Shown here: piece after piece, positions 23,290-33,495 of the stretch
How positions within the stretch are numbered: the first letter of the stretch is position 1
Layout of the letters: every line of letters begins with the position of its first letter
Source of the DNA: Saprolegnia diclina VS20
Taxonomy: Eukaryota
Assembly (NCBI RefSeq): GCF_000281045.1
Contig: NW_008246074.1
Location: 195,211-235,415, forward strand
Direction of reading: 5' to 3'
Length of the DNA stretch: 40,205 bases
Notes under the pieces: generated by a model
What the model was told of the DNA's origin: nothing
What the model saw: the letters and a program-made list of their open reading frames with translations, nothing else
The model's database searches: none
Program-made: the position numbers and the translations under genes

Positions 23290-26200
23290 TTACTGGCTGC
23301 CAATGTCGCCGAAGATTTCTTGCATCTTGGCGTGCGCGGTGCTGTACTTTGGTCCAACCCAGTACAGTTGGGCACAGAGGAGGCACGCCCAAAAGTCGGT
23401 CACGGTCTCAAGCACGCGCGCCGGAACATCGTCGCCGACCCGGACTTCTTCCAGCGGTACGATGCGAAAGCCCTTTCCATTGCACTTGGCGCATCTATGG
23501 ACCGTATGTGAATGGTAGATGCTCAAGGCAACGGGCACTCACCTCGACATGAACGTCTCTTCGTTGAACTCGATGCTAAAGTGCTTTTTGATCTACGTAT
23601 CGAGGTGCGTCGTGCAAGGCCGGGTGTAATGACGCGAGCGTACCTCTTGAAACTGCGCCTCAATGTTGTCGCTGAGGACGACGTAGCACGCGAGCGCTTG
23701 GCGCTGCTTGGCGAGCTTCCGGTCCCGCGTCAGCACAATTCGGTGCTCGACGGTCGCTTGAATGAGCATGTTCGACTTCTCGTCGCACTTGTCCCAGTGC
23801 ACGACGTCGACGCCTGTCATGCGAAGCCACTTGGCAACACGCCCAAGCATCGTATCAGCGAGAAATTTGAGCTCTTGCGGCGCCGCTTGCAAGCTCGTAA
23901 TGTCATTCTGCACCGCCAAAGGCAGAACGCGCGGAGCATGGCAGAGCTCCAGAAGCGCCTCGAACGACGCCTCCAAGAGAACATCCGAGGTTCCGCCGCC
24001 AAGCACAATGCGCTCTGCACCATCGAGGGCCCTATACCACGATTCAAGAGTGTTCTTGCGACTGAAAGAGTCCATAGACATACGTGTCGAGCAAGACGGG
24101 CGCGGCCACGTTGTGGGCAAACGGTGGCACCGTCCCCGGCGCGTACCCAAAGATGCTGGTGCACTCGGTGGGCCGGGCAAAGCGCACCTTCTTTCTAGCG
24201 ACACCCAAGACCATACTCAGGAGACTCAAGTCGACCTTGGCGTCCTGGGGCAGCACGACGACGCACGGTACCCCTACGATTCATGAGCAAACGTAGGACA
24301 TCCATCATAGGTACCGTTGGCGAGAATGCAGAGGCTGTTGGCGAGACGCACGCTAGCCCCCTCGCCGTTGGCGTCCAAGTCGCTCCGAGGAAACAGCCGA
24401 ATGCGCTTGCCTTCGTGCAGCTTGACAAAGTCTGCAATGCGTGGCTGCGTCATCTACAGCAACAGTGTTCGGTTTGCGAATCCAGATGACCGTAGTACCA
24501 CGGAGGCCGACTTTGCGTGTTGTCGCGCATGCCGCAAGCGCACGATATCGGTCACCGGTCGGCTTGGTGGCACGTCGCATATGATCGACTCGATGCAGCC
24601 AGCATAAAGCTCATCAGACGATTCGCACATGCGCTGGGCCATGGCGACGAGCACCCAGGCGTCGAGGGCTGCGTACCTAGTCCATCGCTTATACCATTTC
24701 GCTCGTCATGACACGTACTCGGCTTGCTTTGGCGTCAACGGTCGCTTCTCCCAGTCAGAAAGTTGTTGTTTCTACAGCATTAGTAGTAGAGCAGCAACGC
24801 CGCCGTCGAATAATACCTTGTTCAGAGGTCGCCCCAAAACGAGCGCGGCACCGTCCGACAAGCTCCGACCCGTGTACGACGGTTGCCACGAGCGCAGCAG
24901 CGCTCCCATCTACGCCAACTTCAGACGCCATCGCAAGGTGCACGCTGCCACATACGTCCACGAGGCCGTGGACAACGTCAAAAGTTGTCTTGTCTGGAAA
25001 CGTGTGCTTGAGCACTAGTGATACGACATGCGGTTATACGACTGCCAATCGCGAAACTCCAATACCCACCTCGGAGATCGTGCTTGAAGCCAAACCCAAT
25101 ATTGAGCACAGAGGGATGCCGCAAAATTGCTTCGACGACGTCCAAGCCCGTTCGAGTGGTCTGTTCGACGCGTCAACACACAGGCCCGTGGATCAGTATA
25201 GCAACCTCGAGAGCTACAAGGTCGATGAGGAATACACGGTCCGCGAGCGCGAGTTGGAGGAGGCTGGCGAGGCACGTTTCATCTTTGGACACGAGCGGCC
25301 GCCACTCGACGTCCACACCGAGCCAGACGGGGTGTTTGCCTTCCTCGACGCGTGCTACAGTCGATTNNNNNNNNNNNNNNNNNNNNNNNNNNNNNNNNNN
25401 NNNNNNNNNNNNNNNNNNNNNNNNNNNNNNNNNNNNNNNNNNNNNNNNNNNNNNNNNNNNNNNNNNNNNNNNNNNNNNNNNNNNNNNNNNNNNNNNNNNN
25501 NNNNNNNNNNNNNNNNNNNNNNNNNNNNNNNNNNNNNNNNNNNNNNNNNNNNNNNNNNNNNNNNNNNNNNNNNNNNNNNNNNNNNNNNNNNNNNNNNNNN
25601 NNNNNNNNNNNNNNNNNNNNNTCGTAGAGCTCGTTGGCGAGATCCGCGTTACCGGCCATTGCCACATACTGGTACAATGTCGCCTGCAACGGCCCTGAGT
25701 CGCCAAATATGATCGTAGTCAGGAGGAGTGTACCTGAAGGGACGCATCTGTTCCGACAAACGACGTCGCGATCGACCACTTTTTCTGCGCGCAAAGCTTC
25801 TCGAGCGCTTCGCGCCGAAACCAGCTCTCTACACGAAGCATGACGCAGATGTTCCGACTCGGGCAGCACCGCACCGACGTCCGGAAAGGCCGCTTGGAGG
25901 CCGTACAAGTGTACAAATTTGTGCGCCTACGAGCTTTGTCACGTCCAACGTGGTGGCGACGAATGAGAACCTTCTTGATGTCTTGCTTGGCCAGTGTGAG
26001 CTCGACAAGGTGCGTCGTCAGGTCTACAGCGCCATTCATCAGTGGTCGTCGACCGCTACAAGAAGCGGCCAACGCTGCAGGTTCTGACTGGGCGCGGCCT
26101 TGAGCAATTGCTCCGCCATGGACCAGCTGTTGGTCGCGACGAGCTGTCCCAAAAGCCATGAAAAGTCCCACTGCAGCGCCGGGAAGGCCGCCACGAGCTT

Positions 26201-26758
26201 GAGAACGCTTATGTACTCTTGGTTTTGGACGAGCCTGCGTCCGTACGCAAGGACGCGCTCGTCGTCGACGGCGTGCAGCGAAAAGAGGCCCATGGCCTTT
26301 GTCACGACCTTGGCATCCTACAACACACTTGGCATATCGGCTATAAAGCACGCCGTGTCATTGCGCACCACCGTGTCGGCTCCATCGAGGGCGCGGACGA
26401 CGAGCACCTGCAGCTGTCGCCGCGTGGCGTCGGCTACATAAGCCGTGGTCTCAATACGTAGCTCGTCCAGCGTCATGAGAAGCAAGTAGGCAATTGGCGC
26501 CGTCGTATCGGTCCAAAAGCGCATGGTCAAGTCGACAAGCGTCGCAGCGCACGCCATCGGATTCGTCGCGCGCTGGTCGACGATCATTCCCAAGGCTGCC
26601 TTGCAGACGCCAAAGTTGTTGACGGGCACCGCGTGGAAGAGCTCGCGCAAGAGGTTAGCGCAGCCATCGTCTCGAGCTTCCAACGACGCTTGGACATCAC
26701 GCCAGCGCGAGTCGTCTATGCTTGGCGTGGATCTCGGAAGGCGTGCGCTCTCTGCCAT
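23290..26758 (-). CDS. EXD3: Mut-7/Nibbler/EXD3-like 3'-5' exoribonuclease: helical N-terminal region, DEDDy exonuclease, YbaK-like insertion, Mut7-C (PIN-like) domain with Zn ribbon; multi-exon, spans an assembly gap
   Basis: ExoI WLGVDVEWRP, ASLLQLALADRVFLIDL, ExoII GFGFKHD and ExoIII SDWEKRPLTPKQAE|YAALDA. Mut7-C segments KFLADTMLGRVAKWLRMTGVD, RIVLTRDRKL, RCAKCNG and FWACLLCAQLYWVGPKY. ATG at 26758. Confidence 0.88.
25367..25621. other. Assembly gap (255 N) inside the Mut-7/EXD3 gene
   Basis: Run of N bases. Confidence 1.
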
Positions 26759-26983
26759 GCTGCCGATTGCTACACAACACTATTCGAGACCAAAAATACC
26801 TAAATAATTGTATAGTGTACGAATTACATTATTTATTGTGCAAAACCTATATAGTATTATGCCTAATACTGTGAGCTACAGCATTTCCGTGCAAACCGTC
26901 GAACATCCTTCGGATATCGAAAGTGTATCCGGTAGCTTCGATATTTTCGCGATCTTGACACGGAGTGGCAGAACGCCTTGTGC

Positions 26984-27877
26984 ATGCGGCTGCGCAGGAG
27001 CCCCGCTAAGTCGTCGACCAAGCCCATCATGTACACTCTGGGCGTCCTTCTGCCACTTCTCGTGCTCGTCTTGGCACTGCTATCGCAGGACGACCAGCCA
27101 CTAGCGCTCAAGGCCGACGGCGCTGCGCCGATTCGGGAGCCCGTGGTCGCTGAGCCGGCGCCAGCGTCCAAGCCACGCTATAGCGCCAAGCAGCGCCGCG
27201 CCGTGGGCTACCTGCAAACCGCCATGGGTCATTTTGAGGCGCAAAAGTGGCCGCTCGTTGTAGAGGAGTGCGAGAAGGCGATCGCGGCCGACCCGGACCT
27301 CGTCTTTGGGCATGCGCTCATGGGCAATGCGCTCAACGTCATGATGCAGTGGGAGCGCGCGGCCGACAGCTGGCGCAAGGCGACAGAGCTCGAGCCAACT
27401 TCGTTCGAGTTTTACTACCACCTCGGTTTTGCGCTCTCGCAGCTGGCGCAGGACCAAGTCAACAACCAGAAGAAGCACACAATTGGCAAGCAAGCGATCG
27501 AGAGCTTCGAGACGTACTTTACACTGGCCGAAGGCGACAGCGACGCGACAACCGACCAAATGTCGCTTGCGCACGCGAGTCTCGCGGCCATCTACAAGAC
27601 CAACAAGCTCGCCGAGAAGCAGGAGCTGGCGCTCAGCCATTTTGAAGCCGCGGCCGCTCTCGACCACACCAACGAGCTCGCATTCTTCAACATTGGGCTC
27701 TTGTACGCCGAAAAGTACGAGAAGCGCGGCGACGAGACCGATCTAGAGAACGCGCTGCGGGCGATCGAGCATGCGGTGACACTCGACCCGACCAACACGA
27801 AATACGTGGCGGTTCGAGACGCACTTGTGGGGCATTCGAGTCCCGCCGAGCTCATGGCGGCCATGCAGCAGCTCTAA
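26984..27877 (+). CDS. Single-exon TPR-repeat protein with an N-terminal signal anchor or signal peptide
   Basis: Basic N-terminus, then hydrophobic IMYTLGVLLPLLVLVLALL. TPR-like units CEKAIAADPD..GHALMGNAL, WRKATELEPTSFEFYYHLGFAL, AFFNIGLLY and AIEHAVTLDPTN. Confidence 0.85.
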   Translation: MRLRRSPAKSSTKPIMYTLGVLLPLLVLVLALLSQDDQPLALKADGAAPIREPVVAEPAPASKPRYSAKQRRAVGYLQTAMGHFEAQKWPLVVEECEKAIAADPDLVFGHALMGNALNVMMQWERAADSWRKATELEPTSFEFYYHLGFALSQLAQDQVNNQKKHTIGKQAIESFETYFTLAEGDSDATTDQMSLAHASLAAIYKTNKLAEKQELALSHFEAAAALDHTNELAFFNIGLLYAEKYEKRGDETDLENALRAIEHAVTLDPTNTKYVAVRDALVGHSSPAELMAAMQQL

Positions 27878-27961
27878 GTCGCCCATTTCCAAGCTGGATA
27901 AATGGATATTGATAGCATTTCTTTCGACCAAAAACTTCAATCGTACAAACGTGGTTATTGC

Positions 27962-30900
27962 TTAGCCATGGCGCTTTGTGAGCGGCTTGTCGCTCACCTC
28001 GTCGCGGCTCCGTGCGGCGAAGTAGTCTCGATTGGCTTGGATCTGGTCGAGAAGGGGCTTGGCGTGGGGCACGAGTTGGCTCGTGAGCGTCCAGAGCGGC
28101 AAAACGACAAAGTCGAGAAAGTTGACTTGGAGGACATCCCGCATTTGCTATGTGGATCTATCGCACGGGTGTGTACAACGAAAAGTGCTACTGGGTTCTC
28201 CATGTGCGCGTAATGTGGCGGTGCGGGCAACCCGAGATCGTGCATGCGCTGGGCTTGATCGGCAAATTCGGCGCAGACCCGTTCCATCCTATTTTCTCAT
28301 ACACTAATAATGTCGACAAAAATGCGACACGAATACCAGAGCAAGGACGTGGAGGGCGATAGCGTCGAGTTGCCGAGGTCGCTCGTGTGCAGGATCCAGT
28401 TGAGGTACAACTGTTTTCCATTCGACGACGCGCGGAGGAGCTTTGGGTCGGCCTTCTCGGTCATGGCACTCACTAGCTCCGCGTGGTACTTGATGTCTAC
28501 GCCATCACGTCATGCACGAAGGCGCCATGGTCGCATTCGACCTGTGTGGAGAATGCACTGGATAATGCACTGGCGCAGCGTAGCGTACTGGGAGGCATCG
28601 AGCGACCCGAGCACATTGCAGCATGGGTCTACAGGTAGCGCGTCACGCACCGATAAGAGACACCACCCACCGCGCAAGAGGCCAAAGAGAAGCGCAATCG
28701 AGTGCGACTCGAGCACCTACGATCACAGAGGACAATACGTCTTGACTCTCGACTCCAAAGCTCAGATACCGAAATATCATTGTAGCGGATCGCGAGCTCC
28801 GACGACGTGGCAACTTCAAACGCGTTGTCGTTGCCGGGGTGGCCAAGGTCGTGGCCAAGCGCGGCGAGGAGCACGCCGAGTGCATCCAGCTCATTAACGT
28901 CCGGTAGGCGGTCGGCCGCGAGCAAAAAGTAGGTCAAGTGCGTCACGCTAAACGCATGGTAAAAGCTATGGTACGGCAGCTCGCGGTATCTAGCACCGAG
29001 AGATATCATTTCTTAGTGCAACGGATGTATCAACTTGATACAAGCCGACGGTACCCGAGTTGCAGCGCGTCCAAAAACGTTTTGAACCCAGCGACGTCGA
29101 TGCGAAAGGTGTCGAGAAGTCGGTAGCTGGAAAACATAGCAACGACGAGCGCCTTGAGCTCCAGAAACGTCTTTTCAAAAACGTTGATGTCGATCTGGAG
29201 CAAGGCGGGGGACGGTGTTAAGAACCGATCGGCATGGGGTCCCAACTCGGCCATCGAGACACTGCCCTTGAGCTTGGTGCGCGCGAGCTTGCTTGCTGCA
29301 CTCTTGACGGCGTGAAACGTAGCAAACTCGTTGGATGTGAGAGTCTCGAGGCCGCTCGCTTGGAGAAGCGAGCGAATGCGTTCGTGTTGCTTGGCCATCG
29401 CGTGCTAGCCGTTCAAGTATTATAGAAGACAATATTTCCACGAAACGCCCGTACTTCGTGGTGTAGCCGCGAGACGCGCTCCCGGTCCGCGTGGACTTTG
29501 GCAAACATGAGCAGCGCCGGGTTCTTCTCAATGATGTGGCCCATCGCCGATGCAAACACGAGCAAAAACAAAGTGTCGTACGCTTGCACGTGGCGGAGGT
29601 CGGCGTGCAGCGTCGTCGCCGACGTCTTGTGCAACGCTTGGCTCACCTAACCCGGCCAAGATGATTGTCCTCTTCTAGTTTGAGTTGATGGAGTGAATAC
29701 CGCGACCACGTCCCCCCGGGAATTGCAGATCGGGACGACCAGGCACGCATGCGAACCCGTGCCGGGGGCGTACTCGGTGACCGCGCCCATCTCGTCGACA
29801 CGGACGTCTAGGTACCACCGCGTCGCCTTTGTCTACACCACAACAAGCAGACGGTATTAGAATGCCACCAGTCAAATCGTACCTCGACAATCGCGCCGAC
29901 AACACCGTCGCCAAAGGGCACGTGCTTCCCACTCGAGATGCCGCTGCCGTTGAAGCTCCAGAGCTCTTGGTGCACGCGGTCGCAGACGTAGAGCCGAAAG
30001 TCCTTGGTGGCAAAGAAGGCGGTGCCGGCCGCACAAATGAGCTGCATCTTGCGTCCGCCGTCCGACGTCATCCACACGTCGTTCGTGAGCTCAAGGAATT
30101 TGATGAGCAGCTGCTTTTGGTGCGAGAGAAAACCAACGTCGGACGTGAGCTTGTCGATCTCGCACCCGCTGACCATGATGGCACGCACGAGCTTGAACAC
30201 ATTGGGCTCGCACGCCAGCGACGGCGCCGACGTCGAAACGCAGAGCACGCTGTAGTAGTCGGCCGTCACCGACGGGATCGCAACGACGGCGGCTGACACT
30301 ACCGCCACCGCATCGCCGACGAGCGTCTGCACGAGTGCGAGGTCGCTGTGCGCGGCCACGGGCCCGACACGCGAGAGAAGCAACGTGAGCTGCGCAAAAT
30401 TCGGCCCTTTTGGCTGCGGAAAGAGGCGGACCTCCGTCGCACCAGAGCTCGCCGCGGTCTGCAAAATACGCTCGGACGCCGTCGTGATTTGAAAGACCCA
30501 CGCGGTCTCGGCGCCGACGAGCTGGACGACGCCGCGCAGCGCTTGCGCTAAAGCGGCATTGGCATTGGGGGGCGGCGCCTGGACGAGCTTTGTGATGTGA
30601 AGCGCGTTCGGACGAAGCGTCGGCGACGCGCAGGCGTCTTTGCGACGACCTTGCAACAAGTTGCCAATCGCGCCAATGAAGGGCGGTAATAGCACGGGAC
30701 AAAAGTAGTGTTCCTTATAGCAGCGCAGCTCGACGACCGCTGCGAGGACACCGCGGACCAAGATGGGGTACGCGAGGTAGCTGTGGGTGCGCGTGCCGAG
30801 ACGCCCATCGACGTCGGAAGCAACGTTGTACGCCGCATGTCGCTGGACGTTGAGAACAAAGACGGGGGACGGGTCGTCGGGCGCCCCCCGTTGGAGGAGG

Positions 30901-31555
30901 AGCTCCCCCGGCAGACTTTGCACCAAGCTGTGGTTGGTTTCGAGGAGGTCCCGTGACGTTGTCGCGCGCACGTGCAAGTACATGTCGGTCACCATGTAGA
31001 CCACAAGACAATCTAGTGCACGTTTCAGAGGCTAGTTGACTAGAAGCCAGAACGTATTACCAGCACCAAGGACGCCAAACGCTTCATACAGCGTCTCCTG
31101 CAGCATCATGGTCACGCGCGCCGTGTCTTGCAGTGACGCATCGTCCAGCCGTAGTGAGGCCAGATACCTAGCACTTCGTGTTTAGTCTCGATCATACACG
31201 CAGGCGAAATGCCGCACCGATAAAAGTGGAGACGGCGAAAGGTCTCGTCGATGGTGGCGCTGGCGACGGGGGGTGCCGACGAGAGCAGCTGCTTCTCTAG
31301 CACTTGCTCAACGTTCAAGCTACGCACTGTGAGTCCATAGCACGCTATGCGAACGGTGCAACTACCTTGAGTGGCGGGTCGGCGACGGTGATCGCGCGGG
31401 GGGCTTTTTCTAGGGCATCGTGTCAGCCAATATAGGGCTCACGGCCGCTGCACCGTCGCGTCAGTGTGTGGGGGGCGCGGGAGCGAGGCCTTGGCGCGGG
31501 GCGCCGCCACCACGATGCTGCGGAACTCGCTCCCACCGCCTTTCCGGGGGCGCAT
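27962..31555 (-). CDS. Class I 3',5'-cyclic-nucleotide phosphodiesterase with N-terminal GAF-like domains; multi-exon
   Basis: Catalytic motifs PYHSFYHAFSV, HDLGHPGNDNAF, LESHS, HT|D, HTSDLGN, EFADQ and QVNFLDFVVLPLW. GAF-like segments SYLAYPIL...AVVEL and RLYVCDRVHQELW...VPFGDGVVG. The proposed start MRPRKGGGSEF at 31555 is less certain than the rest. Confidence 0.87.
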
Positions 31556-31713
31556 TGGCAAATTCGTGAGCAGTTTCGCAGAAAACGCTCCTTGACCGGC
31601 GTCACATATTTTTACCACATGCTAACACGAGACAACGGGAGATTAATGTTCAAGCTAGGATTATTTGGCTGACGTGGCTACTCGAAGGCTAGTGGGCAAA
31701 GTAGGACAATGAT

Positions 31714-33258
31714 TTATGGTAGAATGCTACAGTATATTGATGTACTACGAAAAGCTTGCATGATGTATCGGCTTGATCACAATGTCACGCAAGCAGCAAG
31801 TCATGAAATTTGCGGGTGGAATGTCGGTGGCTAAGAAACGGGCTTCGTTTCACTCGTATAACTCGAATCTCAATCTTAAAATAGCACTGGCTTACGAAAT
31901 AATCCTTCGGCCTGGCTCTGGAAATAACGCCCAGCGAAATTCTAATTTCGTAAAACGAGATATTGGCGCCACTATCTGGCGTATCCGGCTCATCCGCTTA
32001 ATTTAAGCTTGCTTTTAGTATTGAGATACCCGAGATAGTGCCTCGATTATTCTGGTTTTACGAAATTCGAGCGAAATCGGGCCATAATAGTGCCCAAAAA
32101 ACGGTAAAGTATCGTAATTACCATTATTTTACCGTTAAATGAATTACCCACTTCCAAAAATCTATGGCGAAGCGCTCGCCCGCTCCTCCGACTGCCGCCG
32201 CGCGCGCAAAGAAGGCGCGCCGCAATGCTAGCACCAGTAGTGCTTCCTCCTCCCGTCTCGGCCGACGCTCCTCGTACCCTGCCGGCCGACATCCCAGGTG
32301 CCGCGGTCATCTACCGCTGCATGGCCAAGTCGACGCGCAAGCAGTACCGGGCGTCGAGCAATGCGTTCGCCCGGTGGACGATCAAGATCCATTACGCTCC
32401 CACTGCCAGTCGAAGTCGTGCAGCGCTACTATGATTGCCTCACGCACAAAGTCGACCGCAACGGCCAGCCGTTCGACCCTTCGCAATACAACTTGCGCAA
32501 CTACGTCAACGGCGCCAAGAGTGCGCTTGTCTTCTTGCACAAGGACGTCTGCGCGATCTCGCCAGAACTTGACGCGATGATGACGAGTATGCTTCTACAT
32601 TCCGACAACCATGGTCGCTGACTACTCCTTAGGTATTAAGGCAAGGAACCGCTCTCCATGGAGGGTACATCTCGCGAATGATTCCGTAGCTGACTTACCA
32701 AATGCCTTTTTTCTAGGCTACATGTATCTCGTCGAGACAGCTATAAAACCAAGTAGAGACCCACTCCTCTCCAAGAAGGCGCATGCATTCCTCGTGTTTT
32801 GCTGGAACCTAGCGACGCGGGCAGCCTCGAGAGCGACCATCATGTACGAGAAAATCACGTCTTAAGCAATAACATAGCTACTTACGTCTTTGCAAAAGAT
32901 CGATCATACTTGTACATGGCACCCCAGGGACTTCATGCGTCAAGACGCCACGTCATAGCCTCCCGTATTGGATAAATACGTATAATATTTCACAGGTATC
33001 AGCCATTTCGCCCGAATTTCGTAAAGCACCATCTTTATTAAATACTAGCAAAGCGTGGACACTCACGAGCAACCCTCGAAACTCAACCTGGCACGACTGT
33101 CCCCTGAGCTGTCCCCCTGACGGTCCCCGGCCGAGCAGCGATCTTGTGAAATGTTGGAGAGGTGCATTTGCATTGGCTATTATGTCGCTCAAAAGGAATC
33201 TATTTCGACCAATCGCGTATCGCAGTGCTACGATCGGGCCTATTTGTGTTAATTATGG
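31714..33258 (+). mobile_element. Decayed Crypton-type (CryptonS-like) tyrosine-recombinase DNA transposon; boundaries tentative
   Basis: AT-richer island containing a recombinase pseudogene, a 20/21 inverted repeat (32057-32077 / 33005-33025), a ~43-bp imperfect hairpin (31944-32067) and TTATGG direct repeats at 31714-31719 and 33253-33258. Confidence 0.6.
32164..32865 (+). pseudogene. Frameshifted, truncated Crypton-like tyrosine recombinase
   Basis: Fragments in different frames: STRKQYRASSNAFARW; LPLPVEVVQRYY...YVNGAKSALVFLH; GKEPLSMEG|YMYLVE (across a GT-AG intron); AHAFLVFCWNLATRAAS..I. These match my recollection of stramenopile Crypton recombinases. It stops right after the first catalytic Arg, with no HxxR or Tyr motifs. 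Confidence 0.68.
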
Positions 33259-33495
33259 CGTGTGCCAAAGCTATCTGCCAGCGTGACCTTTGCGTGTGGC
33301 TGACGTATGTAATTCAGAGCGACGCTCGCAGTCGTATAGGTACTAAGCTTTGTTCTTTAGTTTTCATGAGCTCAAGGTAAACTTGCTTGTTCCCGTTGAA
33401 CTTGGGCTTGATCGCATGCGTTGGTGCAAGTACACGCTGGCCCTTATGTTTGGCTATTTGTGGCAACAGACGTTTTCCGCACCGCTGATCGCCAC

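Noticed and set aside
24708..25908. Long ORFs containing X runs
   Set aside because: Artefacts of reading through the N gap; the real coding sequence is the minus-strand EXD3 gene.
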